Source: PVC group bacterium
GTDB lineage: Bacteria > Verrucomicrobiota > Kiritimatiellia > PWTM01
Length of the DNA: 47,643 nucleotides
Direction of reading: 5' to 3'
NCBI GenBank assembly: GCA_003563855.1
Contig: PWTM01000191.1
Location: 1-47,643 of the forward strand
Shown here one piece after another: positions 31,878-40,990 of this stretch. The position numbers were made by a program, and so were the translations under genes. The first letter of the stretch is position 1; every line of letters begins with the position of its first letter. The notes below the pieces were generated by a model that did no database searches, was not told the origin of the DNA, and saw only the letters and a program-made list of their open reading frames with translations.

Positions 31878-32759
31878 CTACCCGCCCGCTTCCGCCTCGC
31901 GGAACCGGCGGATGGCCTGCCAGATCTCTTCGGCGGTCTCCGCGGTTTCAACCAGGTCGAGGTCCTCGGGCGAGATGACGCCCTCCTCGGCGAGGGCGGG
32001 CAGGTTGACGACGCGGTCCCAGAACGCGCGGCCGACCAGGACCACGGGGACGCGCGGGACCTTGAGCGTCTGGATCAGCGTCAGGGTCTCGAAGAGCTCG
32101 TCGAGCGTGCCGAACCCGCCCGGGAAGGCGACCAGCGCCTTCGCCCGCATGAGGAAGTGCATCTTGCGCAGGCCGAAATAGCGGAAGTCGAAGCAGAGCT
32201 CCGGCGTGATGAAGGGGTTGGGCGCCTGCTCGAACGGGAGCTGGATGTTCAGCCCGATGCTCTTGGCGTCGGCGTCCCAGGCGCCGCGGTTGCCGGCCTC
32301 CATGATGCCGGGGCCGCCGCCGGTGACGATCACCAGGTCGCAGCCGTCCCCGCCCTGGCAGGACTCGGAGACCAGCCGGCTGAAGGCGCGCGCGACCGCG
32401 TAGTAGCCGGCGTGCTCCATCCGCTTGCGCGCCCGGGCCAGCGCGGCCTGCGCCGCGGGGTCGTCCGGCTGCGCGGCGGCCTGCCGCTCCGCGGCCTCGA
32501 GTTCCGGCCCGGCCACCTCCGGCGGCGGCGTGCGCGCGCTGCCGAAGACGACGATGGTCGAGCGCACCCGCTGCTCGGCGAGCGCCAGCTCCGGCTTCAT
32601 GAACTCGAGGAGCAGCCGGATCGGCCGGAGTTCCGGCCGGCGCATCAGCGCGGGATCCTCGTAGGCGCAGGCGTAGGCGGGGTGCTCGAGCAGATGCTGC
32701 GCCATCGCCCGGCGTTCGGCCGCGTCGGGATCGGGCCGGGACGGAGGCGGGGCGGCCAT
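31878..32759 (-). CDS. LOG family (TIGR00730-type) nucleotide monophosphate nucleosidase
   Basis: VVFGSAR, TGGGPGIMEAGNRGA, GLNIQLPFEQ.PN, RKMHF, PGGFGTLDE. Confidence 0.92.
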   Translation of the reverse strand: MAAPPPSRPDPDAAERRAMAQHLLEHPAYACAYEDPALMRRPELRPIRLLLEFMKPELALAEQRVRSTIVVFGSARTPPPEVAGPELEAAERQAAAQPDDPAAQAALARARKRMEHAGYYAVARAFSRLVSESCQGGDGCDLVIVTGGGPGIMEAGNRGAWDADAKSIGLNIQLPFEQAPNPFITPELCFDFRYFGLRKMHFLMRAKALVAFPGGFGTLDELFETLTLIQTLKVPRVPVVLVGRAFWDRVVNLPALAEEGVISPEDLDLVETAETAEEIWQAIRRFREAEAGG

Positions 32760-33118
32760 CAGTGCCCTTCCGTCCGGATGCGGTTCTCGCCATCCACATG
32801 GATGATCCGCGGTCGAAACGCCGGCGCTTCGGCGTCGGGCACGGTGGCGAAGGCGACGACGATGACGTGGTCCCCGACGGCGCCCAGCCGGGCCGCCGCG
32901 CCGTTGAGCATCAGGGTTCCGGAGCCGCGCTCGCAGGCGATCGCGTAGGTGATCAGCCGCTGCCCATTCTCGATGTTGAAGACGTGCACCTGCTCGCCGG
33001 GCAGGATATCGGCGGCCGCGAGCAGGTCCGCATCGACGCCGAGGCTCCCCTCGTAGTGCAGGTCCGCCCCGGTCACCCGTGCCCGGTGAATCTTCGACTT
33101 GAGCATGATCCGATCCAT
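32759..33118 (-). CDS. panD: Aspartate 1-decarboxylase
   Basis: [15 protein letters not shown]|S self-cleavage site, [14 protein letters not shown]. Confidence 0.96.
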   Translation of the reverse strand: MDRIMLKSKIHRARVTGADLHYEGSLGVDADLLAAADILPGEQVHVFNIENGQRLITYAIACERGSGTLMLNGAAARLGAVGDHVIVVAFATVPDAEAPAFRPRIIHVDGENRIRTEGH

Positions 33119-33194
33119 CGCCGCCCCCCGTTGCCGCCCCGAGTATCGCGCCATCGACGCCCCCGCGCAAGCCGCCACACCCCCGCCCGGCCCC

Positions 33195-33540
33195 GCCCCG
33201 TGGGTAGGGCAAGAACGCCGGCCCCCGCCCGGCCCCCACGGGCTTGCCCCGTGGGTGGGGCAAGAACGCCGGCCCCCGCCCGGCCCCCACGGGCTTGCCC
33301 CGTGGGTAGGGAGGAACATCGAAAGCAGGACGGAAGCTAACCGCGAATGGACGCGAATGACAGGCAGGCACGGGGGCCCGTCCCTACAGGGACTGGCGAT
33401 GGCCATGGGATGGGATGGAATCAGGAACTCAGGAAAGGCAGGAATGGGACTCTACCGATCACCGATCACCGATCACTGATAACTGATCACTCCCCGCCGC
33501 CCCCGCCCAGTTGAACGTTGAACGTTGAGCGTTGAACGTT
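33195..33540. repeat. 51-bp tandem repeat with REP hairpin, followed by a mosaic of short repeats
   Basis: Unit starts at 33195, 33246 and 33297, with hairpin CCCACGGGCTTGCCCCGTGGG. Then TAACCGCGAATGGACGCGAAT, GGCAGGCACGGGGGCCCGTCCCTAC, GGAATCAGGAACTCAGGAAAGGC, (ACCGATC)n and (GTTGAAC)n. Confidence 0.85.
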
Positions 33541-33561
33541 TCTTCCTCCCGCCCCGCCCCC

Positions 33562-34311
33562 TCACCGCCGCCGGCCCGTCAGCAGGACATAGGGCTGCTC
33601 CATCCCCTCGAGGCGGAAGGCGCGCTCGGCGAAGTCGAAGCCCGCCGCCTCGATCCCGCGCGCCCAGGCCGCCTTGGTGAAGAGCCCGGTCACCATGCGG
33701 TCGAGCTCGATGCGGCGCTCGACGCCCCGGCGGATGATGTGCGTGAAGAGCGTCTCAATCCTGGTGTCAGCCGGATCGGGATCATGGGCGAACTCGAACG
33801 TCGCCAGCTCGATGCCGGCCCCGCTGTGCAGGGTGTGTTCGAGGGTCGGAGGGCGGAACGTCTCGCGGAACGCGTCGGGCGAGCAGACGAACAGCCCGCC
33901 GGGATCGAGATGCGCGGCGGCCGTGGCGAAGGTCGCCGCGAGCTCCGCCTCCGAGAGCAGGTGGGAGACCGCGTCGTGGATCAGCACGGCGCGAAAGGTC
34001 CGGCCGAGCCGCAGCGTGCGCATGTCGCCGAGCCGGTGCTCGACGCCCGGGTTCAGCCTCCGCGAGTTCTCCAGCATCCGGGCCGAGAGATCGACGGCGA
34101 CGACCTCGAAATCGGGCGCGAGGTGGGAGAGGTTGTGCCCGCCGCCGACGCCGAGTTCCAGCACCGGGTGGCGGCCCGGCCCGAGCGCCTCGCGCAGCAC
34201 CGTCCGCCAGTGCGCGGCCTCCTCGGCGTACTCCTCCGGCGGACTGAAGACCGGCCACAGCCAGGCCAGGTCGTCGTACAGCCGGTTCAGCGGGATGTCC
34301 TCGGCGTTCAT
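33562..34311 (-). CDS. Class I SAM-dependent methyltransferase
   Basis: VLELGVGGG motif I, AVDLS, GDMRTLRL, HLDPGG. Confidence 0.9.
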   Translation of the reverse strand: MNAEDIPLNRLYDDLAWLWPVFSPPEEYAEEAAHWRTVLREALGPGRHPVLELGVGGGHNLSHLAPDFEVVAVDLSARMLENSRRLNPGVEHRLGDMRTLRLGRTFRAVLIHDAVSHLLSEAELAATFATAAAHLDPGGLFVCSPDAFRETFRPPTLEHTLHSGAGIELATFEFAHDPDPADTRIETLFTHIIRRGVERRIELDRMVTGLFTKAAWARGIEAAGFDFAERAFRLEGMEQPYVLLTGRRR

Positions 34312-34516
34312 CTCCGGCCAGTCTACTGACCCGCGCCTTCACGGGCAATGTCATGGAGAGAGCGGGTTACACCAGGGAACCTTTCCGTCCAAGCCCCCGT
34401 AGGGGCAGGCCCCCGTGCCTGCCCTCCCGCCCTCTCCGAGGGCAATAGCCCGGGCGCGAGAGGGTTACAGCAAAGGGTTACAGCAAAGAACCTGTCCCCA
34501 AGCTTTGATGCCGGTG

Positions 34517-34652
34517 TGGAGTGCGGCGGCAGAGGGCGAAGCCCGGCGACGCCGCTTTGCCGCGGCCCGCGGAGTCGCCCATGGCGTGGGCCGGACTGCC
34601 CGACCGGGGGGCTGAAAGCGCCGTCGCCGCTGCGCTCTGCCGGCGCACTCCA
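34517..34652. repeat. REP doublet (TGGAGTGCGGCGGC...GCACTCCA family)
   Basis: Same palindrome family as about 2095-2230 and 28875-29005. A GTAG-type REP (GTAGGGGCAGGCCCCCGTGCCTGCCC) lies just upstream at about 34399. Confidence 0.75.
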
Positions 34653-34730
34653 AAACGTGTCCCGGCCCGTGCGTTGAGGTTCGGCGAAGGCAGGTGCCCC
34701 AGGAGGCGGTGCCAAAATGAGAACTGCTGG

Positions 34731-35432
34731 CCCGGCCCCCACGGGCTTGCCCCGTGGGGGAGCAAGGTAGAAGCGCCCGGCGAACCCCGATCCGGCAAGA
34801 GAGAGCCCGAAGTGAGCGCGGGCAGACCAGGGGCCGCCCCCGCGCTCTCCTCCGGGCTCTTCCCGCGGGCGTGCCGCGCCCTGTAAGACCAACTTTCCGC
34901 CCCCCACGGCGCAAGGCCGTGGGGACGCGCGCTCGGCTGCCATGGCCGCCCGGCCCCAACCATCCCGAGCGCCGCCCGGCCCCCACGGGCTTGCCCCGTG
35001 GGGGAGCAAGGTTGAGAAGAGCCGGGCGAACGCCGGTCCGGCAAGAGAGAGCCCGAAGTGAGCGCGGGCAGACCAGGGGCCACCCCCGCGCTCTCCTCCG
35101 GGCTCTTCCCGCGGGCGTGCCGCGCCTCCGAAGACCAACGTTCCGCCCCCCACGGCGCAAGGCCGTGGGGACGCGCGCTCCGGCTGCCATGGCCGCCCGG
35201 CCCCAACCATCCCGAGCGCCGCCCGGCCCCCACGGGCTTGCCCCGTGGGGGAGGCAAGGTTGAGAAGAGCCGGGCGAACGCCTATCCGGCAAGAGAGAGC
35301 CCGAAGTGAGCGCGGGCAGACCAGGGCCACCCCCGCGCTCTCCTCCGGGCTCTTCCCGCGGGCGTGCCGCGCCTCTGAAGACCAACGTTCCGCCCCCCAC
35401 GGCGCAAGGCCGTGGGGACGCGCGCTCGGCTG
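34731..35432. repeat. About 245-bp tandem repeat, about 3 copies, BIME-like
   Basis: Units start at 34731, 34975 and 35222; each carries the hairpins CCCCACGGGCTTGCCCCGTGGGG and CCCCACGGCGCAAGGCCGTGGGG. Confidence 0.92.
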
Positions 35433-35708
35433 CCCGGCTCGCCCGGGCGGGCCGGCCCCCGTGCGAGAAATTTCCGGCTCTTTTCTGCTTGCATCCGGCG
35501 GGGGTGGCTGGGTAGCGTGCCGACGGTGGTTGGTAAGTGTACCTCCGGGGGGCCGGAACCGGACGGGAAACTAACCGAAAGCTCACTGGTAGCCGTCGGG
35601 CACCTGCGGTAGATTCCCGGCGCCGACGGTCGAAGAGCGAGCGGACCGGCGGCCGGGGAAGATGTCGGGAGAGAAGGCGAACAGGAGAACCAACAGGAGG
35701 ACAGGACG

Positions 35709-36395
35709 GTGAAAAGGGCATTGGTAGTACTGGCAGCGGCGGCGATGGTGATGGTGGCGGGGAGCGCGGGGGCGAGTATTCTCGTCGCGGGCTGGAACTT
35801 CAACGACGACGGCGATGTCCCGGATTCGCTGTTCGCCGTGAGCCACGGCAGCGGCACGATGACTGCAAGCTGGACCGATGACATTCAGTCTTTCACGGGA
35901 TCCACCATCAATCTAGTCGACGGGGACGAGCGCGGGACGGACATCGCGTTTCGAAATGATACGGTAACCGATGGCGTCCCGGCGAACGAAGGGGGATGAG
36001 TTCAGTTCCAGATCAGCATGACGGGGTTGACCGACCTGGCGTTCTCGTATGCCGGGCGGACCACTGCGACTGGCATGAGGGACTTGACTTGGTCGTGGAG
36101 TACGGACGGCAGCAGCTTCACGGACCTATGGACCGTCGATCATCACGGTGATGTCGGCGCCAACTACGTTCTGGTAGAGCGGGATCTGAGCGGAGTAACC
36201 GCGCTGAACAATGCTTCGGCGGTCTATCTCCGGGGCACGTTCGCCACGCAGGACGGTCAGTCGACCCCCACCACTGCCGGCAACACGCGGTTCGACAACG
36301 TGCAGTTCACTGCCATCCCCGAACCCACCACCCTCGGCCTCCTTCTGGGCGTGGGCGGGTTGCTGGCGCTTCGGCGGTTCCGCCGTCGCGGCTGA
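35709..36395 (+). pseudogene. PEP-CTERM surface protein interrupted by a single in-frame TGA at 35997-35999
   Basis: ORFs 35709..35999 and 36018..36395 share a frame: signal peptide ...NEGG*VQFQISMTGLTDL... IPEPTTLGLLLGVGGLLALRRFRRRG. AGGAGG lies upstream. Confidence 0.85.
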
Positions 36396-36417
36396 GTCGC
36401 GGGGCGCGAGGATCGAG

Positions 36418-36450
36418 AGAGGCCGGCCTTCGGGCCGGCCTCTTTCGTTT
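36418..36450 (+). terminator. Rho-independent terminator
   Basis: AGAGGCCGGCC-TTCG-GGCCGGCCTCT followed by TTCGTTT. Confidence 0.8.
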
Positions 36451-36534
36451 CCGGGCGGGGCCGCCCCCAGTGCCGCGGGACCTGCGGGACCGCTGCGCAC
36501 CATCCCCCGCCCCTCCGCCTCTCCGGCGCCCCTC

Positions 36535-36710
36535 TTCCAAACCTTGGAAGCCCCGCGCCACCGCGTTTCCAGGCCTTGGAAGCCGCGGGCACCATCAAAG
36601 TCCGCGCATTCCTGCCTTTCTCTGCCCCGCGATCCTGCAGATTAGGGCGAAAGATTAGGGGGAAAGATTAGGGTGGGTATCGCTGTTTCCTTGATCTTTT
36701 GCCCTGATCT
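36535..36710. repeat. Palindrome doublet and 13-bp tandem repeat
   Basis: TTCCA-N5-TGGAA at 36535 and 36567; AGATTAGGGnnAA repeated about 2.7 times at 36639-36673, with an inverted relative TGATCTTTTGCCCTGATCT. Confidence 0.7.
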
Positions 36711-36743
36711 GCTCGCCGAGCTCAGCGAACAGCTCTTTTTGGA

Positions 36744-38816
36744 TCACCGGTGCCGGCGCGCTCTCTCCGGGGCCTCGACCAGGGCCGCGCAGGCGGTGGG
36801 GCCGAGCGCGAGCATCTCCGATGCGGCGTCGAGCCGCGGGGCGGGCGTCTCCGTCGCCCAGGCGAGCGTCCAGCCCGAGGGAGCGGAGGGGAGTCGGAAG
36901 CGCGCGGGCGCGCGGCCCGCGTTGAAGGCGAGGAAGAGCGCCGACCCGTCGGCCGGCGCGTCGGTGTGGCGGGCGCTTCCGTCGATCCGGCAGGCGAGCG
37001 CGCGGCCGCCCTCCCAGTCCGGCGTATGCCCGTCCGGGCCGAACCAGAGGATGTCACCGTCCGTCCCGCCGTCGATCGCGCCGGCGAAGAACCGGTCGCG
37101 GCGCAGCGCGGGGTGGGCGCGCCGGAAGGCGATGAGCGCGCGGACGAAGTCGTGCAGCTCGCGGTAGCGCTCGAGGAAGGACCAGTCGAGCCAGCCGATG
37201 GCGTTGTCCTGGGCGTAGGCGTTGTTGTTGCCCTGCTGCGTGCGCGCGAATTCGTCGCCCGCCGCGATCATCGGCACCCCCTGCGCGAGGAAGAGCGAGG
37301 CGGCGAGGTTCTTCATGTGGCGCAGCCGCGCGGCCTCGACGGCCGGGTCGTCCGTGTCGCCCTCGACCCCGTGGTTGACGCTGAAGTTGTGACTGGCGCC
37401 GTCGCGGTTGTCCTCCGCGTTCGCGGCGTTGTGCTTGCGGGTGTAGCGGACGAGGTCGCCGAGGGTGAACCCGTCGTGGCAGGCGACGTAATTGATGCCC
37501 GTAAGCGGACCGCGTCCGTCGTGGTCGTAGAGATCGGCGCTGCCGGCCAGCCGCGTGGCGAAGCGGCCGAGCCGCCCCCGGGCGCCGGTCCAGAACGCCC
37601 GCACGTCGTCGCGGAACCGGTCGTTCCATTCCGCCCAGTCCGGCGCGGGGAAATGCCCGACCTGCAGGTGGCCGTGCGCGTCCCAGGGCTCGGCGATGAG
37701 CTTGACCCCGCGCAGGCGCGGGTCGGCGGCGATCCGGTCGAGCAGCGGCGGCCGCGCCATCGGGGCGCCGTCGTCGCCGCGGGTCAGCGCGGTCGCCAGG
37801 TCGAAGCGGAAGCCGTCGACGCGCATCGTCCGGGTCCAGACGGCGAGGCTCTCGACGATCAGCTCGATGGCGAGCGGATCGTTGGCCCGGAGCGTGTTGC
37901 CGCAGCCGGTCGCGTTGAAGTGGGTGCGGCCGTCGGACTCGAAGTGGTAGTAGGCGGCGGGATCGAGCGCCTTGAGGTGGTAGACCGGCCCCTCGGCGCC
38001 GCCCTCGCCGGTATGGTTGTAGACCACGTCGAGGATGACCTCGATCCCGGCGGCGTGGAGCGCCTTGACCATCTGCTTGAAGGCGCGGACGGCGGCGAGC
38101 GGATCGGGGTCGGCCGCGAAACGCGCCATCGGGGCGAGGAAGCCGAGCGTGCTGTAGCCCCAGGCGTTGAGGAGGCGGCGACGCGGGCCGCCCTCGCCGA
38201 AGAACTCGAGCTCGTTGAACTCGTGGACCGGCATCAGCTCGACGGCGGTTACGCCGAGGTCGCGCAGGTAGGGGATGCGCTCGACGAGTCCCTCGTAGGT
38301 CCCCGGGTGCCGTACGCCGGCGCCGGGGCCGCGGGTGAAGCTGCGGATGCTCACCTCGTAGATGACCGTGTCGCGCCAGGGCGTGCGCGGCGGCGCGTCG
38401 TCGGCCCAGTCGAAGGCGTCGTCCACCACGGCCGCCTTCGGGAAGCGCGCGCCGCGCTGCGGGGTCCGGCCGGCGCGCAGGCCGGTCCGGTCGCCCCAGG
38501 CGCGGCCGCCGAAGGTCACGGCGCGCGCGCAGGGGTCGAGCACCCAGTGCCGCGCGCCGTCGGCCCGGACGACGCGGTAGCCGTAGAGCTGGCCGGCGCC
38601 GATGCCGGGCCGCTCGATGCGCCAGAGATCGGACCCGGCCTCGCGCGCGAGCGCGTGCACGGCGGCGGGGCGCGGGGCGTCGGGCCGGTCGAAGAGCAGC
38701 AGCTCGACGGACCGCGCATCGGCGGAGCGCAGAGCGAAGGCGGCGCCGCCGGCGGAGAGCTGGACCCCGGGCGGTCCGCCGCGGGGGATATCATCGATCC
38801 GGTCTGCCTGCGCCAT
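36744..38816 (-). CDS. glgX: Glycogen debranching enzyme / isoamylase (CBM48 + GH13)
   Basis: VELMPVHEF, WGYSTLGF, DVVYNHTGE, DGFRFDLA, IAEPWD, ACHDGFTL, QQGNNNAY. Confidence 0.94.
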   Translation of the reverse strand: MAQADRIDDIPRGGPPGVQLSAGGAAFALRSADARSVELLLFDRPDAPRPAAVHALAREAGSDLWRIERPGIGAGQLYGYRVVRADGARHWVLDPCARAVTFGGRAWGDRTGLRAGRTPQRGARFPKAAVVDDAFDWADDAPPRTPWRDTVIYEVSIRSFTRGPGAGVRHPGTYEGLVERIPYLRDLGVTAVELMPVHEFNELEFFGEGGPRRRLLNAWGYSTLGFLAPMARFAADPDPLAAVRAFKQMVKALHAAGIEVILDVVYNHTGEGGAEGPVYHLKALDPAAYYHFESDGRTHFNATGCGNTLRANDPLAIELIVESLAVWTRTMRVDGFRFDLATALTRGDDGAPMARPPLLDRIAADPRLRGVKLIAEPWDAHGHLQVGHFPAPDWAEWNDRFRDDVRAFWTGARGRLGRFATRLAGSADLYDHDGRGPLTGINYVACHDGFTLGDLVRYTRKHNAANAEDNRDGASHNFSVNHGVEGDTDDPAVEAARLRHMKNLAASLFLAQGVPMIAAGDEFARTQQGNNNAYAQDNAIGWLDWSFLERYRELHDFVRALIAFRRAHPALRRDRFFAGAIDGGTDGDILWFGPDGHTPDWEGGRALACRIDGSARHTDAPADGSALFLAFNAGRAPARFRLPSAPSGWTLAWATETPAPRLDAASEMLALGPTACAALVEAPERARRHR

Positions 38817-38844
38817 GCGCGCATTCTAGCAACTGGCGGAGCTC

Positions 38845-39490
38845 GCGGCGAGAGAAAGGGCCGCGGCTTGCCCTCCGAAGCCCAGAGGACGGGGTAGGGT
38901 CGGCGCCCGCGGCTGCAGCCAACCCGCGCCTTTCTCTGCCCCGCGATCCTGTAGCGGCGGGCGCTGACCGCCGAACAGAGGCGAGGATCGCGCCGGGAGA
39001 AAGGGCCGCGGACAACGCCCGCGGCGCGTTGGTTCCGGCCCCGGCCGCGCGTCCCCACGGGCTTGTCCCGTGGGGGGCGAAAAGCTGGTCCCGGGGTCCG
39101 CTACGGCACACGGATGGAGCCCGGCAAGGAGCGCGGGGCGACCGGTGGGCCGCCCTGCGCTCTGCTCAGGGCTCCCCCTTTCTCTCTGGGAAGCGCGGCG
39201 GGGCCTTCCACGCAGCCTTTCCTCCCCCACGGGGCAAGCCCGTGGGGGCCGGTCGGCCGGGCTCGCCGCCGCCCCGTCCCCCCGAAGCCCCAGTTGGGGA
39301 TAGGGCACGACCCCGACCGCGGAGCTCGACTGCACCGAAGCCGATCGGGAAAGCATCTACGGCAGGATCGGTCGACGACCGGCCTTCGCCCTCCGGGCTA
39401 CGGCGGGCAAGCTGCGGCGACGACTACGGATTGCGACCGTGAGGGGTCCCATCGACCACCGCAGTCGTCGCCGTCGTCGTCGACCGAAAT
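38845..39490. repeat. Intergenic REP mosaic
   Basis: Copy of the 21797-21945 element; inverted pair of CCCCACGGGCTTG.CCCGTGGGG hairpins at 39053 and 39224-39248; CCTTCGCCCTCCGGGCTACGGCGG; GTCGTC/GACGAC runs. Confidence 0.7.
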
Positions 39491-39598
39491 GGGACGCCGT
39501 GAAGAACTGGGGAAAATCCCCTCGGCTTGCAGGTTGGCGGGACCGTGTTAGCGTGTATGGAACCGGGCTTGGCCCTGTCCGGCGGGGGCGGTTGCACC

Positions 39599-40990
39599 AT
39601 GGCGATTTTCGAAAGCGTGCTCGAAGCGATCGGGCGTACGCCGCTCATCCGGCTGAACCGGATGGCGAAGGGCGTTGCGTCGCCGGTCTACGTCAAGGCC
39701 GAGTTCCTGAACCCGGGCGGCAGCGTGAAGGACCGGATCGGGCTGGCGATGATCGAAGCGGCGGAGCGCGAGGGCGCGCTGAAGCCGGGCGGGACGATCG
39801 TCGAGGCGACGGCGGGCAACACGGGGGTGGGACTGGCGCAGGGGGCCGCGGTCAGGGGCTACCGGATGATCGCGGTCATGCCCGACAAGATGAGCGCGGA
39901 CAAGATTGCGCTGCTGAAGGCCTACGGCGCGGAGGTGGTGGTCACCGCGACGGCGGTGCCGCCCGATTCGCCGGAGAGCTACAACGGCGTGGCCGACCGG
40001 CTGGCGCGGGAGATCCCGGGCGCCTGGCGTCCGAACCAGTTTGCGAACCCGGAGAACCCGCAGGCGCACGAGCGGACGACCGGCCCGGAAATCTGGGAGG
40101 ACAGCGGGGGGCGCGTCGAGGTGTTCGTGGCCGGGATGGGCACGGGCGGCACGATCTCGGGTACGGCGCGGTACCTCCGGGCGAAGAACCCCGCGATTAC
40201 GATCGTCGGCGCCGACCCCGAGGGGTCGATCCTGTCCGGCGATCAACCGGGCGCCTACAAGGTCGAGGGCATCGGCGAAGACTTCATCCCGCGCACGTTC
40301 GACCGGCAGGTGGTGGACGAGATGGTCCGGATCAGCGACGCCGAGTCGTTTCTTACGGCTCGCCGGCTGGCCCGCGAGGAGGGGATCCTGGCGGGCGGCT
40401 CGGCGGGCACGGCGGTGGCCGCCGCGCTGCGGTACGCGCAGCGGTTGGACCGGCCTCGGTTCATCGTCGCGCTGCTGCCCGATACGGGACGCAACTACCT
40501 CAGCAAGGTCTTCTCCGACGCCTGGATGCGGGAGAACGGTTTCCCGGTGGCGCCGCCGCGCGCGGCGCTGACCGTCGGCGCCGTGCTGCGCGGCAAGGCC
40601 GGGCCGGCGGCGCTGGTCGCTGTCGCGCCGGACGACCTCGTGCGCGAGGCCGCGGCGCGGATGGAGGCGCACGGCATCTCGCAGGTGCCCGTGGTGGACG
40701 GCGCGCGGGCGGTCGGGAGCCTGAGCGAGTCGTCGCTCATGAAGGCGCTGCACGACGCCCCGGACACCGGGGGGCGGCGGGTGGCCGAGGTGATGGCGGC
40801 GCCGCTGCCGGGCCTCGATGCGGGGACGGACGCCGCCGAGGCCTACCGGCTGCTGCTGGGCGGAGCGGCCGGCGTGCTCGTGACGGAGGGCGCGGATCGG
40901 AAGCCGATCGGGCTCGTGACCCGCGCGGACCTGATCGCAGCCTGGCTGCGCGGGCGGGGGACGGCGGATGCGCCGGGGGGTGAAGAATGA
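39599..40990 (+). CDS. cbs: Cystathionine beta-synthase (PLP domain plus C-terminal CBS pair)
   Basis: IGRTPL, NPGGSVKDRIG (PLP Lys), TAGNTG, GMGTGGT, YKVEGIGEDF, RNYLSK, then CBS domains (ISQVPVVD, GLVTRADL). Confidence 0.88.
   Translation: MAIFESVLEAIGRTPLIRLNRMAKGVASPVYVKAEFLNPGGSVKDRIGLAMIEAAEREGALKPGGTIVEATAGNTGVGLAQGAAVRGYRMIAVMPDKMSADKIALLKAYGAEVVVTATAVPPDSPESYNGVADRLAREIPGAWRPNQFANPENPQAHERTTGPEIWEDSGGRVEVFVAGMGTGGTISGTARYLRAKNPAITIVGADPEGSILSGDQPGAYKVEGIGEDFIPRTFDRQVVDEMVRISDAESFLTARRLAREEGILAGGSAGTAVAAALRYAQRLDRPRFIVALLPDTGRNYLSKVFSDAWMRENGFPVAPPRAALTVGAVLRGKAGPAALVAVAPDDLVREAAARMEAHGISQVPVVDGARAVGSLSESSLMKALHDAPDTGGRRVAEVMAAPLPGLDAGTDAAEAYRLLLGGAAGVLVTEGADRKPIGLVTRADLIAAWLRGRGTADAPGGEE

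Noticed and set aside
34731-35432. Possible CRISPR array
   Set aside because: The sequence between hairpins is repeated rather than unique, the period is far too long, and no cas genes are present.
35489-35700. Riboswitch (c-di-GMP-like GGGAAAC...GAAAG) or long stem in the PEP-CTERM leader
   Set aside because: Only fragments of the consensus are present, and the 5' arm of the stem overlaps the predicted -10 box; would need an Rfam/Infernal search.
34323-35721. Long ORFs with internal repeats across the tandem array
   Set aside because: Unit lengths of 244 and 247 are not multiples of 3, so the same peptide appears in several frames; non-coding.
35997-35999. Selenocysteine or alternative genetic code at the internal TGA
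   Set aside because: No Cys/redox context or clear SECIS hairpin, and TGA terminates many other genes in the window.
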